DNA of 64,000 nt from an uncultured Alphaproteobacteria bacterium (lineage in GTDB: Bacteria > Pseudomonadota > Alphaproteobacteria > JAPULJ01), in NCBI GenBank assembly GCA_964494065.1, contig CAZBRE010000004.1, forward strand, positions 911-64,910, read 5' to 3'. Positions 21,679 to 31,276 of the stretch are shown here, one piece after another; the first letter of the stretch is position 1; every line of letters starts with the position of its first letter. A program made the translations under genes and the position numbers. The notes beneath the pieces were generated by a model. That model did not search any database. It was not told where the DNA came from and was given only the letters and a program-made list of their open reading frames with translations.

Positions 21679-23073
21679 TCACTCCCAACGCCGCTCCAGC
21701 CGCCGGAAGCTGTTGGGCTTGCGCGTCGCCTCCGCCGGCGCGGGCACGCCCATCGTCTGCAGGAGGACGCCCATCGTCGCGAGCGTGCGGAAGACGCCGA
21801 ACTTGACGGTGGAGTCCTCGGTCACGAGCTGGCTGCGCGTGGTGAAGAGCTCGTTCTGGATGTCGAGCAGATCGAGCAGCGTGCGCTGGCCGAGATCGAA
21901 CTGCTTGGAATAGGCATCGCGCACCTTGGCCGTCGCCGCGACCTGATTCTGCAGCGCAACGCGCCGCCCGCGCGCGGCGTTGAGCGCAGCCCAGGAGGTG
22001 CGCACCTGCTGCACGACCTCGCGCCGCGCCCGGTCGAGCGTGTCGCGCGCTTCCGACAACCGCGCCTTGGCCTCGCGAAGGCGCGCCGTGTCGCTGCCGC
22101 CGTGGAAAAGGCTCCAGCGCCCGACGACCAAGGCCTGGCCGTCGAAGGTGCTGCCGCGCACGCCGTCGACATTGCGCAGGCGGTTGGCCGCGGCCTCGAT
22201 GCTGACCTTGGGGAAGAACTCCGAGCGCGCGACGCCGATCTGACCCATCGCCGTGTTGATGTCGGCCGCGGCCGCAAGGATCGCCGGCGCCGTCTTCACC
22301 GCGATGTCGGACGCCGCATCGACATTGGCCGGCAGCTCGAGCTCGGGCGCGGTGACCGGCGCGAGGCCCTCCGGACGCTCGCCGACGATGGCACGGTAGC
22401 GCGCGACGGCATCCTCGTAGCGGCCCTGCGCCGTGGCCAGATTGCCGGTCGCCGCATACATCCGCGCGCGCGCCTGCTCGACATCGGAGCGCGGGCCCCG
22501 GCCGCCGCGCGCCCGGGCGGTGACGCGCCGCAGGATCGCCTGATGGGCCTGGAGATTGCGTTTCGAGAGCGCCACCACGCTCGCCGTGCGCAGCACGTCG
22601 AGATAGGCCTCGATGCCCTTGAGCGCCACGGCCTGCGCGGTGTCGCTGACCCGGTAGCGGGCGGAGTTCACGCGCGCCTTCTGGCGCGCCACCTCGCTGT
22701 CGGTGAAGAAGCCGTCGAAGAGCCGCTGCTGGACCACGACGCCCCCCTCCTGGCGCGGCATGCCGTCGAAGCCCGACTTGCCGCGTCCGCGCGTCGCCGC
22801 GTTCAGGCTCGCCTCGGGGCCGACCGCGCCGCGCACGTCAACCTGGGGGAAGTAGAGCCCGCGCGCCGCGCGCAGCTCGTGGCCGATGGCGCGCCGGTTC
22901 TTGCGCACCGCGCCGATCTCCGGGTTGGTCGTGACGATGATCCGCACCGCTTCCTCCAGCGTGCGCGCCGAAGCGGTCGCCGCCGGCAGCGCCACCGCCA
23001 GGGCTCCGATCGCCGCGCACACGATCGACGCACCGGTCCGCCGCGAACAGGATGATGTTCGGATCAAGACCAT
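21679..23073 (-). CDS. TolC-family outer membrane efflux protein
   Basis: Signal peptide, then two TolC repeats (LTLEEAV...-type N-terminus, RYRVSDTAQAV..., LDLLDIQNELFTTRSQL). Confidence 0.8.
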   Translation of the reverse strand: MVLIRTSSCSRRTGASIVCAAIGALAVALPAATASARTLEEAVRIIVTTNPEIGAVRKNRRAIGHELRAARGLYFPQVDVRGAVGPEASLNAATRGRGKSGFDGMPRQEGGVVVQQRLFDGFFTDSEVARQKARVNSARYRVSDTAQAVALKGIEAYLDVLRTASVVALSKRNLQAHQAILRRVTARARGGRGPRSDVEQARARMYAATGNLATAQGRYEDAVARYRAIVGERPEGLAPVTAPELELPANVDAASDIAVKTAPAILAAAADINTAMGQIGVARSEFFPKVSIEAAANRLRNVDGVRGSTFDGQALVVGRWSLFHGGSDTARLREAKARLSEARDTLDRARREVVQQVRTSWAALNAARGRRVALQNQVAATAKVRDAYSKQFDLGQRTLLDLLDIQNELFTTRSQLVTEDSTVKFGVFRTLATMGVLLQTMGVPAPAEATRKPNSFRRLERRWE

Positions 23074-23568
23074 CGATCAATAGTGCCGTTGAACCTGGAG
23101 ATCAGAATCGGCATTTCTTTTGAGAGAACCAAAGTAAATCACCAACCGCGCACGTTAGTCGCATTTGAACATAGGTTCAAGCACGGCTAATTAACGCTGA
23201 TTACAGAAATGAATTCTTACCAGCAACAATTTTCAGTTTGATTCGACACAGCGTGCGCGTATTAAGCGCACGACGTTGCATTCTCACATCACGAGGTCGC
23301 GAATCTACATTTACGTCGTCAAAGTGATTCGCGAATCAAGGCGCAGGACTGAATTGAATATTTAGACCTTGGCCAAGTATATTGAGATCGTCAGGGCTCA
23401 CGCCCAGTCATGGGCGCATGACATTTGAGTCTTCGTTGACGTCTCGACTAATAATTCTCATAGGCGGCGGCGCTGCAGAGTCACCAAGACTCAGCACCAC
23501 AACATCTGCCCAAGTAATTCGGTGCAACCACCAAATATTCGAATGAACTGGCCCCACGGGCCCGCCGA
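23074..23568. promoter_or_regulatory. AT-rich non-coding island (tolC upstream / P450 downstream) with palindromes
   Basis: No ORFs in any frame. Contains the perfect 12-bp palindrome GATTCGCGAATC (23326-23337), the half-site TCGCGAATC (23297-23305), GATTCG at 23240, and a stem-loop at 23252-23272. Confidence 0.45.
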
Positions 23569-24807
23569 TTACGCCGCGCCGCGGACCGGCGCCGGTGTGA
23601 AGCCGAGGCGGAGCGAGCGGACGCCGCGGAAGGAAAGTGAATCCACCCAGTCGGGCTCGGGCCCGCGCGGCTCGAGATGGGTCAGCCGCCGCGCCAGGAT
23701 CGGGAAGGCGATCCGTGCTTCCAGCCGCGCCAAGGGCGCGCCGAGGCAGAAATGGATGCCGTGGCCAAACGTCAGGTGCCGGTTCTCCTTCCGCGCAATA
23801 TCGATCGTCTCGGGCTCGGGGAATTCCTCGGGGTCGCGGTTCGCCGCCGCCACCATGGCGAAGACGCGCTGGCCCGGCTCCAACCGCTTGCCATGCATCT
23901 CAACCGGCTCGGCCGGAATGCGTGTCATCGCCAGGCCCGGCCCGTCATAGCGCAGGATCTCCTCCACCGCGCTCGCCGCCAGCGCGGGATCGGCGACCAG
24001 CGTCGCCAGCACGTCCGGGTTGCGCGAGAAATGATAGAAGCCGTTGCCGATCAAATTCATCGTCGTCTCGTGGCCAGCGAAGAGCAGCAGCACGCAGGTC
24101 GCGAGCAGCTGCTCGTCGTTCAAGCCGCCCTCCTCGTCGGAGGCGGCGATAAGCCCCGAGATCAGATCCTCGCCGGGGTCCTTCCGCCGCGCCGCGAAGA
24201 GATCGCCGAACAGCCCCTCGAGCGCCTTCACCGCGTCCTGGGCGCGGGCGCGCTTGTCGGGCGTCATCTGCGCCGAGCCGACGAAGGTGGCGAGGTCGTC
24301 CGACCAGCGCTTGAACTGGTCGGTGTCGTCGAGCGGCACGCCCATCATATGCGCGATCACCATCACCGGCAGCGGGAAGGCGAAATCGGCGATGAGGTCG
24401 GTCTCGCCCTCCTCGATGAAGCGGTCGATCAGCTCGTTCACCAACGCCTCGACGCGCGGCTTCAGGCGTTCCACGGCGCGGCTGGTGAAGGCCTGGTTGG
24501 CGAGACCGCGCAGCCGCGTGTGCAGCGGCGGATCGTTGAACACCATCCAGTAGCCGAGGTCGCGCAGCAAATCGGGAATGCGGTTTCGCTCGCCCTCGCT
24601 CAGACTGTTGCGGAAGGGCGAGATGCGGTCGGCGGAGAACTGTTCGCTGGTCATGCAGCGCTTGACGTCGTCGTAGCGCGTCAGCACCCAGCCCTTGAGC
24701 GCCGGGCTCCAATGCGCCGGGTCGTCCTCGCGGAGACGCCGGAAGGCGGGATAGGGATCGGCCTGGATGCCGGGCGCGCGGGTATCGAAAATGAACGGTT
24801 CGGTCAT
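23569..24807 (-). CDS. Cytochrome P450
   Basis: AGHETT I-helix motif, ETLR-like EILRYD, and the haem-binding loop FGHGIHFCLGAPLAR. Confidence 0.9.
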   Translation of the reverse strand: MTEPFIFDTRAPGIQADPYPAFRRLREDDPAHWSPALKGWVLTRYDDVKRCMTSEQFSADRISPFRNSLSEGERNRIPDLLRDLGYWMVFNDPPLHTRLRGLANQAFTSRAVERLKPRVEALVNELIDRFIEEGETDLIADFAFPLPVMVIAHMMGVPLDDTDQFKRWSDDLATFVGSAQMTPDKRARAQDAVKALEGLFGDLFAARRKDPGEDLISGLIAASDEEGGLNDEQLLATCVLLLFAGHETTMNLIGNGFYHFSRNPDVLATLVADPALAASAVEEILRYDGPGLAMTRIPAEPVEMHGKRLEPGQRVFAMVAAANRDPEEFPEPETIDIARKENRHLTFGHGIHFCLGAPLARLEARIAFPILARRLTHLEPRGPEPDWVDSLSFRGVRSLRLGFTPAPVRGAA

Positions 24808-24856
24808 GGTCGCCTAGCCTTTCCTGCCCCGATAGTACGCATTCAAGCGATCTCAA

Positions 24857-26707
24857 TCACACGATTTCGATCACATCGGGATCGCCGCCGGCATAGATCT
24901 TCGCAACCTGATCCGGGCGGTTGTCGAGCACGGCGCGCTGGTTCACGTAGCCCTTGTCGGTGATCTCGTTGGCGTCGATCGAGGGCGGCTCGGCCATGAT
25001 CAGCGCGTAAGCGAAGCGGCGGCTGTTGGCGCTGTTCTCCGCGTTATGCGTCTTCAGCCCCTCCTTGAGCGCCTCGCGGACCTCCGGCCGGGCGATCAGC
25101 TCGGGAAGCGGCAGATCGTCCCCGCCCTCCTTCACCAGCGAGGCGCAGCCCGCGGCGTTGGGGAAGATCAGCAGGCCAATCTCCTCGCGATCGTGGCCGG
25201 TCAGCACGGCGTCGGCGACCACCGGCCAGCCGGCGTCGATGGCCTTCAGGCGCAGCTCGCCCGCATGCACCCAGGTGCCGGACATGAGCTTGAAGTTCTC
25301 CGCCGTGCGCCCGTCGAAGACGAGGCCCTTGGCGGGATCGTCGGGGTCCTCGAGCTTGCCCGCATCGCCCATCTTGAAGAAGCCGTCCTCGTCGAAGGCC
25401 TCGTCGTTCAGCTCCGGCCGGCGCCAATAGCCGGGGGTCACGTTGGCGCCGCGCACGCGCAGCTCCATCTTGGTGCCCGAGGGCGTGAGCTTGATCTCGG
25501 TGCCGGGCAGCGGCACGCCGATCACGCCGGCTTTTTCGATCAGCCAGTGGACCGTGGCGGCCGCCGGCGCGGTTTCCGTTGAGCCCCAGGAGGAGATCAT
25601 CGGCACCCGGTCGCCGCGCGCCTTGATCGACAGCGCCTCGAGCTTGGCCCACAAGGCCGGCGGCAGGGCGGCGGCGGCGTAGAACAGCATGTCGAGATTG
25701 CTGAAGAAGTTGTTCCGCAGCTGCTCGTCCTTCTCGAGATACGGCGCCAGCACGTCGTAGCCGCGCGGCACGTTGAACGAGATCGTCGGCGCGACTTCTT
25801 TCAGGTTCGCCACCGTCTGCTCGATGATCCCCGGCGCCGGCTTGCCCGCATCGACCCAGAACTGGCCGCCATGCAGCAGCACGGTGTTGAAGTTATGACT
25901 TCCGCCGAAGGTGTGCGACCAGGGCAGCCAGTCGACCAGCACCGGCGGGCGCTCGTGGATGAACGGCCAGACCTGCCCCATGGCGGTCACGTTCGAGGTC
26001 AGCATCGACTGCAGCGTGATGACGCCCTTAGGCATGCCGGTCGAGCCCGAGGTGAAGAGCACCTTGGCGACCGTATCGGGCGTGATCGCTGCGTAAGCGT
26101 CGCGCACGGCCTGGCCCGGCTCGGTCTTCATGAGATCGGAGAGGAGCTCCTGGCCCGGCCCGGCATTGGCGCTCACCACCACGGCCGCGTCGCCGAGATC
26201 GAGCGCGGCGAAGGCCTTGGCGAAGCGCTCGCCGTCGGCGGCGTAGACGAGGCCCGGCGTCAGCAGACCGTGCACGTATTTGAGCTTGCCGTGATCCGTC
26301 GACATCAGCGAGTAGGCCTGGCTGATCGGCGAGGCCGGTACCCCAGCCTCCATCGCCGCGAGCTGGACCAGCGCGTTGTCGACCGCGTTGTCGGAGAGCA
26401 GCATTACCGGCCGCTCGGGCGTCACGCCCCTATCCAGGAAGGCCTGGCCCAACCGTCGTACCAGATCGCCGCCCTCGCCGTAGGTCACTTTCCGCCACGG
26501 CGCATCGCTCACTGGCGGGGCGGTCCGCTCGGCGATCCACAGCCGCTCCGGATCCTCCTTTTCCCAGCGATGCAGCATCGCCGGCACATGCGGAGGCGTC
26601 TCCGCCAGCGTGTACGGGGACCGGAAGATCATCGTGCCGTCGTCGCGCGTCTCGACGTTCACGCCCGGCGGCGCAAAGGAGATCTTGGCGAAAGGCGGCT
26701 TGTTCAT
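24857..26707 (-). CDS. AMP-dependent acyl-CoA synthetase, feruloyl-CoA-synthetase-like (long ~615 aa type)
   Basis: AMP-binding motifs [22 protein letters not shown] and SWGSTET. Paralog of 32370-34232. Confidence 0.8.
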   Translation of the reverse strand: MNKPPFAKISFAPPGVNVETRDDGTMIFRSPYTLAETPPHVPAMLHRWEKEDPERLWIAERTAPPVSDAPWRKVTYGEGGDLVRRLGQAFLDRGVTPERPVMLLSDNAVDNALVQLAAMEAGVPASPISQAYSLMSTDHGKLKYVHGLLTPGLVYAADGERFAKAFAALDLGDAAVVVSANAGPGQELLSDLMKTEPGQAVRDAYAAITPDTVAKVLFTSGSTGMPKGVITLQSMLTSNVTAMGQVWPFIHERPPVLVDWLPWSHTFGGSHNFNTVLLHGGQFWVDAGKPAPGIIEQTVANLKEVAPTISFNVPRGYDVLAPYLEKDEQLRNNFFSNLDMLFYAAAALPPALWAKLEALSIKARGDRVPMISSWGSTETAPAAATVHWLIEKAGVIGVPLPGTEIKLTPSGTKMELRVRGANVTPGYWRRPELNDEAFDEDGFFKMGDAGKLEDPDDPAKGLVFDGRTAENFKLMSGTWVHAGELRLKAIDAGWPVVADAVLTGHDREEIGLLIFPNAAGCASLVKEGGDDLPLPELIARPEVREALKEGLKTHNAENSANSRRFAYALIMAEPPSIDANEITDKGYVNQRAVLDNRPDQVAKIYAGGDPDVIEIV

Positions 26708-26828
26708 GCGGGTGCTCCTCCCCAGGGCGGCAGTCGCGGCAACGGTTTCCCCGTCGCTTCGTCGGCCACGATCTTAGCGCAGCCGCCCGGCGGAAAGAAA
26801 ACCCCTCGGTGCAGACAAATCCACGCAC

Positions 26829-26913
26829 GTCATTCCTGCGAAAGCGGGAATCCATGGAAGACGGCGGACACTGCCGCCCATGACTCTGGATCCCCGCTTT
26901 CGCGGGGATGACG
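26829..26913. repeat. Composite palindromic repeat, family B (two hairpin units GTCATTCCYGCGAAAGCGGGAATCC / GGATCCCCGCTTTCGCGGGGATGAC)
   Basis: Two inverted units at 26829-26853 and 26888-26913, each a 7-bp stem capped by GAAA or TTTC. Copies at 32174 and 34247. Confidence 0.7.
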
Positions 26914-26942
26914 AAGAAAAAATGCGGGGTTAGACGATCCGC

Positions 26943-27266
26943 CTAGTTCGGCTGGACGTGCTTGGGCAGGTAGCGCCCGTCCTCGGGTCCCTCGAACAGA
27001 TCGCCGATCTGGGGATGGCGGCAGGGCTGGCCGGTCTCGTCCTGCAGCAGGTTCTGCTCGGAGACGTAGGCGATGTAGGTGGTCTCGTCGTTCTCGGCGA
27101 GCAGGTGGTAGAAGGGCTGGTCCTTGCGCGGCCGCACTTCTTCGGGGATCGACTCCCACCATTCCTCGGTGTTGTTGAATTCCGGATCGACGTCGAAGAC
27201 CACCCCGCGGAACGGGTAGATCCGGTGTTTCACAACCGCGCCGATGGGGAATTTGGCTTCTCGCAT
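26943..27266 (-). CDS. hspQ: Heat shock protein HspQ (hemimethylated-DNA-binding YccV-like)
   Basis: FPIGAVVKHRIYPFRGVVFDVDPEF aligns with the E. coli HspQ N-terminus. Start at the internal ATG 27266. Confidence 0.75.
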   Translation of the reverse strand: MREAKFPIGAVVKHRIYPFRGVVFDVDPEFNNTEEWWESIPEEVRPRKDQPFYHLLAENDETTYIAYVSEQNLLQDETGQPCRHPQIGDLFEGPEDGRYLPKHVQPN

Positions 27267-27472
27267 CGAGAACTCCGGCCGTCGTGTGACGATCGAATGA
27301 CCTGTATCCGGCATGCGCCCCAACCTGCTCCATGGCGCCCGCGGGATCAAGCCTGCGCCCAGATATCCCTTGCCGCCCGCTTTTTTTGGACGAATATGAC
27401 TTTCGGCAGGGACGACCTGCATACTCTACGAGAATGGTTAAAAATCCATCCAAGGAGAGGAGATTTGCCGCC

Positions 27473-27955
27473 ATGGCCAAGGCAATGTTCGCAGCCGGCT
27501 GTTTCTGGGGCGTCGAGACGGCGTTTCGGCGCCTGAAGGGCGTGACAAACGTGACCGTGGGCTATTCGGGCGGTACCCTGGAAAACCCCACCTACGAGAA
27601 GGTCTGCAGCGGCATGACCGGCCACGCCGAGGTGGTGCTGGTCGAATACGACGAGGCCAAGGTCTCCTACGACGACCTGCTGGCGCTCTTCTTCCAGATC
27701 CACGACCCGACCCAGATGAACCGCCAGGGCCCCGATGTCGGCACCCAGTACCGCTCGGCGATCTTCTATTACGACGACGCACAGAAGGATGCGGCGCAGG
27801 CGATGAAGGATCAGGTGGGCGAAAGCGCGCGCCGCCCGGTCGCGACCGAGATCACCGCCGCCGGCCCCTTCTGGCCGGCCGAGGACTATCACCAGCAGTA
27901 CGAAGAAAAGCGCATGGGCGCCACCGCGCGCCTCTTCGGCGGCTGGAAACGGTAG
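27473..27955 (+). CDS. msrA: Peptide methionine sulfoxide reductase MsrA
   Basis: Catalytic GCFWG motif. AAGGAGAGGAG RBS upstream of ATG 27473. Confidence 0.85.
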   Translation: MAKAMFAAGCFWGVETAFRRLKGVTNVTVGYSGGTLENPTYEKVCSGMTGHAEVVLVEYDEAKVSYDDLLALFFQIHDPTQMNRQGPDVGTQYRSAIFYYDDAQKDAAQAMKDQVGESARRPVATEITAAGPFWPAEDYHQQYEEKRMGATARLFGGWKR

Positions 27956-27974
27956 CGTCCGAAGACGCGCGCGC

Positions 27975-28508
27975 ATGTCGGGGTTCGCCGTCAGCCATCT
28001 CGAGTTCCGCGTTCGCGACGCGGCGGCGATGGAAGCGTTCTACACGGGCGCGCTCGGCTTCACGGTGACCGACCGGGGCGACGGACCGGACGGCATGGTG
28101 TTCCTCAGCCGCAGCGCCGACGAACATCATCAGCTCGTGCTCAACCCGGTCGGGGACAAGGCCGGCTCGCCCGACCGGCTCGACCATGTCGCGTTCCGGG
28201 TGGACTCGCTCGAGCGGCTTCGCCGCTTTCACGATGCCTTGAAGGACGCGAACGCCGCGCGGCTGGAGACCGTGTCGCACGGCAACACCTGGTCGGTCTA
28301 TTTCCTCGACCCCGAAGGCAACCGGCTCGAGCTCTTCGTCGACACGCCGTGGCATGTCGACCAGCCGACGCGCTTCGCCATCGACCTGTCGCTGCCCGAC
28401 GACGCGCTCGCCGCGGCGACCGAGGCGGAGATCCGCAAGCGCAAGGGCTTCCGCGGCGTCGATGCCTGGCGGAACGAACACCGTGAGCGGATCGACGCAC
28501 CGGGCTGA
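27975..28508 (+). CDS. VOC (glyoxalase/bleomycin-resistance/dioxygenase) family protein
   Basis: VOC-type pattern with the LDHVAFRVDS metal-binding region. Confidence 0.7.
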   Translation: MSGFAVSHLEFRVRDAAAMEAFYTGALGFTVTDRGDGPDGMVFLSRSADEHHQLVLNPVGDKAGSPDRLDHVAFRVDSLERLRRFHDALKDANAARLETVSHGNTWSVYFLDPEGNRLELFVDTPWHVDQPTRFAIDLSLPDDALAAATEAEIRKRKGFRGVDAWRNEHRERIDAPG

Positions 28509-28584
28509 CGCGGGCATCAATTCCGCTCCCGCGCAAAATGGTCTAGCCTTGGGATCGACAAGAAACGATCCGGGGGAGGCGGCC

Positions 28585-30231
28585 ATGTCGGCGCTCAAAA
28601 AGAAATTCTGGGGCTGGGGCTTCGAGGGCGAGACCGTCGGCGAGGACGAGGCGAAGCTGGTCTTCGCCGAGATCGTCCGCCGCCACGGCGAGATCGCCGA
28701 GGCCGCCGCCGACGTGCCTAAGGTCAGCGACTTCGATCTCCGCGCCCCGCGTGTCCAGGCGACGGGCGCGGCGGCAAAGTGCGTCACCGACGACCCGCAC
28801 GAGCGGCTGCTGCACGCCTATGGCAAGTCCTTCCCCGACACGGTGCGCATGTTCCGCCGCGAGGTGCCCGAGCCGCCCGACCTCGTCGCCTATCCGGAAA
28901 CGGAAGACGACATCGTCGCGCTCATGGATTGGGCCGACGGGGCGAATGTCGCGGTCATACCCTTCGGCGGCGGCACCTCGGTTTGCGGCGGCGTCGAGCC
29001 GGCGGTGGGCGACGCTTACGCCGGCACGCTCTCACTCGATCTCACCCGGCTCGACAAAGTCCTCGAGGTCGACAAGACGAGCCGCGCCGCGCGCATCCAG
29101 GCGGGGGCCGCCTGCCCGATCTTCGAGCGGCAGCTGAAGGAGCACGGGCTCACCCTCCGCCATTTCCCGCAGAGCTTCCTCCACGCCACGCTGGGCGGCA
29201 TGATCGCGACCCGCTCGGGCGGGCACTACGCGACGCTCTACACGCATATCGACGACTTCGTGGAATCGACCCGGACCGTCACGCCGTCCGGCGTCATGGA
29301 GAGCTTCCGCCTGCCCGGCTCGGGCGCGGGCCCCAGCCCCGACCGCATGATGATCGGCTCCGAAGGCATCCTCGGCGTTATCACCGAGGCCTGGATGCGC
29401 GTGCAGGACCTGCCCAGGCACCGCGCCGCCGTCTCGGTCGGCTTCCCCGACATCTATGCCGGTGCGGAGGCGATCCGCGCGCTCAGCCAGGCCTGGCTCT
29501 TCCCCTCGAACTGCCGCCTGCTCGACGCCGAGGAGGCGCGGAACACCGGCGCGGGCGACGGCAACGCCGCACTCCTCGTACTCTCCTTCGAGTCGGCCGA
29601 CCACCCGGTCGAGCCCTGGATGGCGCGCGCCCTCGAGCTCGTGCGCGATCATGGCGGCCGCTACGACGAGGCGGCGCTCGCCGACAAGGAGAGCCACAAG
29701 AAGGACGCCGCCGGCGCCTGGCGCAACGCCTTCATCCGCATGCCGTACTATCGTGAGGTTCTGACCCCACGGGGCGTCATCTCCGACACCTTCGAGACCT
29801 CGATCACCTGGGAGCGTTTCCCCGCCTTCCACGACGCGATCAAGACGCGCATGCGCGATGTGATCAAAGACGTGACCGGCAAGCCTGGCTCGGTGACATG
29901 CCGCTTCACCCATGTCTATCCCGACGGTCCCGCGCCCTACTTCACCTATTCGGCGCTCGGCGCGTGGGACGGGTTGATGGAGCAGTGGCGGACGATCAAG
30001 GCGGCGGCGAACGAGGTGGTCGTCTCCAACGGCGGCACCGTCACCCACCACCACGCCGTCGGCCGCGACCACAGACCGGGCGGCTACGACAAGCAGCGGC
30101 CGGAGGTTTTCGCGCGAGCGCTGGCCGGCGCCAAGGCGGCGGTCGATCCCAACGGGATTTTGAATCCAGGCGTGCTGATCGATCCGGTTGGCAAGAGCGT
30201 CGGCACGACGGGGGCGATGGCGGGGATGTAA
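28585..30231 (+). CDS. FAD-linked oxidase (alkyl-DHAP synthase / D-lactate dehydrogenase-like)
   Basis: FAD_binding_4 region (AVIPFGGGTSVCGG) with an AGPS-like C-terminal domain. GGGGGAGG RBS before ATG 28585. Confidence 0.75.
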   Translation: MSALKKKFWGWGFEGETVGEDEAKLVFAEIVRRHGEIAEAAADVPKVSDFDLRAPRVQATGAAAKCVTDDPHERLLHAYGKSFPDTVRMFRREVPEPPDLVAYPETEDDIVALMDWADGANVAVIPFGGGTSVCGGVEPAVGDAYAGTLSLDLTRLDKVLEVDKTSRAARIQAGAACPIFERQLKEHGLTLRHFPQSFLHATLGGMIATRSGGHYATLYTHIDDFVESTRTVTPSGVMESFRLPGSGAGPSPDRMMIGSEGILGVITEAWMRVQDLPRHRAAVSVGFPDIYAGAEAIRALSQAWLFPSNCRLLDAEEARNTGAGDGNAALLVLSFESADHPVEPWMARALELVRDHGGRYDEAALADKESHKKDAAGAWRNAFIRMPYYREVLTPRGVISDTFETSITWERFPAFHDAIKTRMRDVIKDVTGKPGSVTCRFTHVYPDGPAPYFTYSALGAWDGLMEQWRTIKAAANEVVVSNGGTVTHHHAVGRDHRPGGYDKQRPEVFARALAGAKAAVDPNGILNPGVLIDPVGKSVGTTGAMAGM

Positions 30232-30377
30232 CCTCCCCTCCAGTGTCACCCCGGACGGAGCGAAGCGACGAGCCGGGGTCCATCGGGCAGAGTGATCAAG
30301 CTCAAACGGCGCGCCGTTGGCACGACCGTATGGATCCCGGGTCAAGCCCGGGATGACAGTCTTGTTGAGTGAATAAT

Positions 30378-30409
30378 TGTAGGGGCGGATTTCAAACCCG
30401 CCCCTACAA
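30378..30409. repeat. Palindromic GC hairpin repeat, family A
   Basis: TTGTAGGGGCGGATTTCAAACCCGCCCCTACAA sits between the convergent FAD-oxidase and SBP-like genes. Confidence 0.65.
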
Positions 30410-30433
30410 ATACACAACCGACCGCACCCACCC

Positions 30434-31180
30434 TCACGCCGCCACGAGAAGCTTCCCCGTCACCCCGTGCTTGTCGATCAGCTCGGCGACGAGGCCGCTC
30501 GCCTTCGCCTCCTCGACGAAATCCTTGAGAAATGCGGCAGCGGCCGTCTTGTGCTTCTGGGTGCCGATTGCCTGCTGCACGGCGGTGAAGCGGCCGTCGA
30601 GGATGCGCGCGCCGGGCAGCTTCTGAAGGTTGTCCATGAGCGGCGGCCGCAAGCCCGCCAGCGCATCGAACGGTTCCGACATGAAGAGATCGACCGTGCC
30701 GTCGAGGCCCTGGCCGCGCACCAGCTCGGCATGCTTGAGCGTGCGCGAGAGGTAGAGGTCGTAGGCGCTGCGCCCCGAGACGGCAATGCGCATGCCCGGC
30801 CGGTCGACCTCCTCGATCGTCCGGATCGGCGAGCCGGCCGGAACGAGATATGTCGCCTCGATCTCGGTATAGGCGGGCGTGAAGGCGATGGTCTCGGCGC
30901 GCTTCGCTTCGGCGGCGATGAGGCCGATGTCCCAGCTGTCGGTCACGGCCGCATCGGCAAGCTCGCCCGGCGAGGGGAAGATGATGTATTCGATGCCGAG
31001 GCCAAGCCGCTCGGCGATCGCGCGCGCCAGATCGGGCGAGACGCCTTCCGGATCGCCCGAGGCGCTTCGGCCCGTCACCAGCAGCACGTTGGAGAGGTTG
31101 ATCCCGGCGCGCAGCACGCCGGAGGGCGCAAGCTCGGCGGCAATGTCAGCGGCACTTTCGGTGGGCGTATCGGCAGGCAT
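30434..31180 (-). CDS. Substrate-binding-domain protein (SBP_bac_3-like) lacking an obvious signal peptide
   Basis: Periplasmic-binding-protein type II fold motifs. The N-terminus is acidic and non-hydrophobic. Confidence 0.6.
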   Translation of the reverse strand: MPADTPTESAADIAAELAPSGVLRAGINLSNVLLVTGRSASGDPEGVSPDLARAIAERLGLGIEYIIFPSPGELADAAVTDSWDIGLIAAEAKRAETIAFTPAYTEIEATYLVPAGSPIRTIEEVDRPGMRIAVSGRSAYDLYLSRTLKHAELVRGQGLDGTVDLFMSEPFDALAGLRPPLMDNLQKLPGARILDGRFTAVQQAIGTQKHKTAAAAFLKDFVEEAKASGLVAELIDKHGVTGKLLVAA

Positions 31181-31276
31181 GAGGGCGTCCGTGGGGTCGG
31201 TTTCCGATCCCTGCCCTCTATCACGCCCGCCCGCTCAAGGCCATGCGTCTCAAAGGAACCGCGGGTCGAGCCCGCC

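Noticed and set aside
23522-23950. 142-aa plus-strand ORF starting in the AT-rich island
   Set aside because: Mostly antisense to the 3' end of the P450 gene. Arg/Ser-rich. No RBS.
29032-30417. 461-aa minus-strand ORF opposite the FAD oxidase
   Set aside because: Antisense to a gene with clear FAD_binding_4 motifs and a strong RBS.
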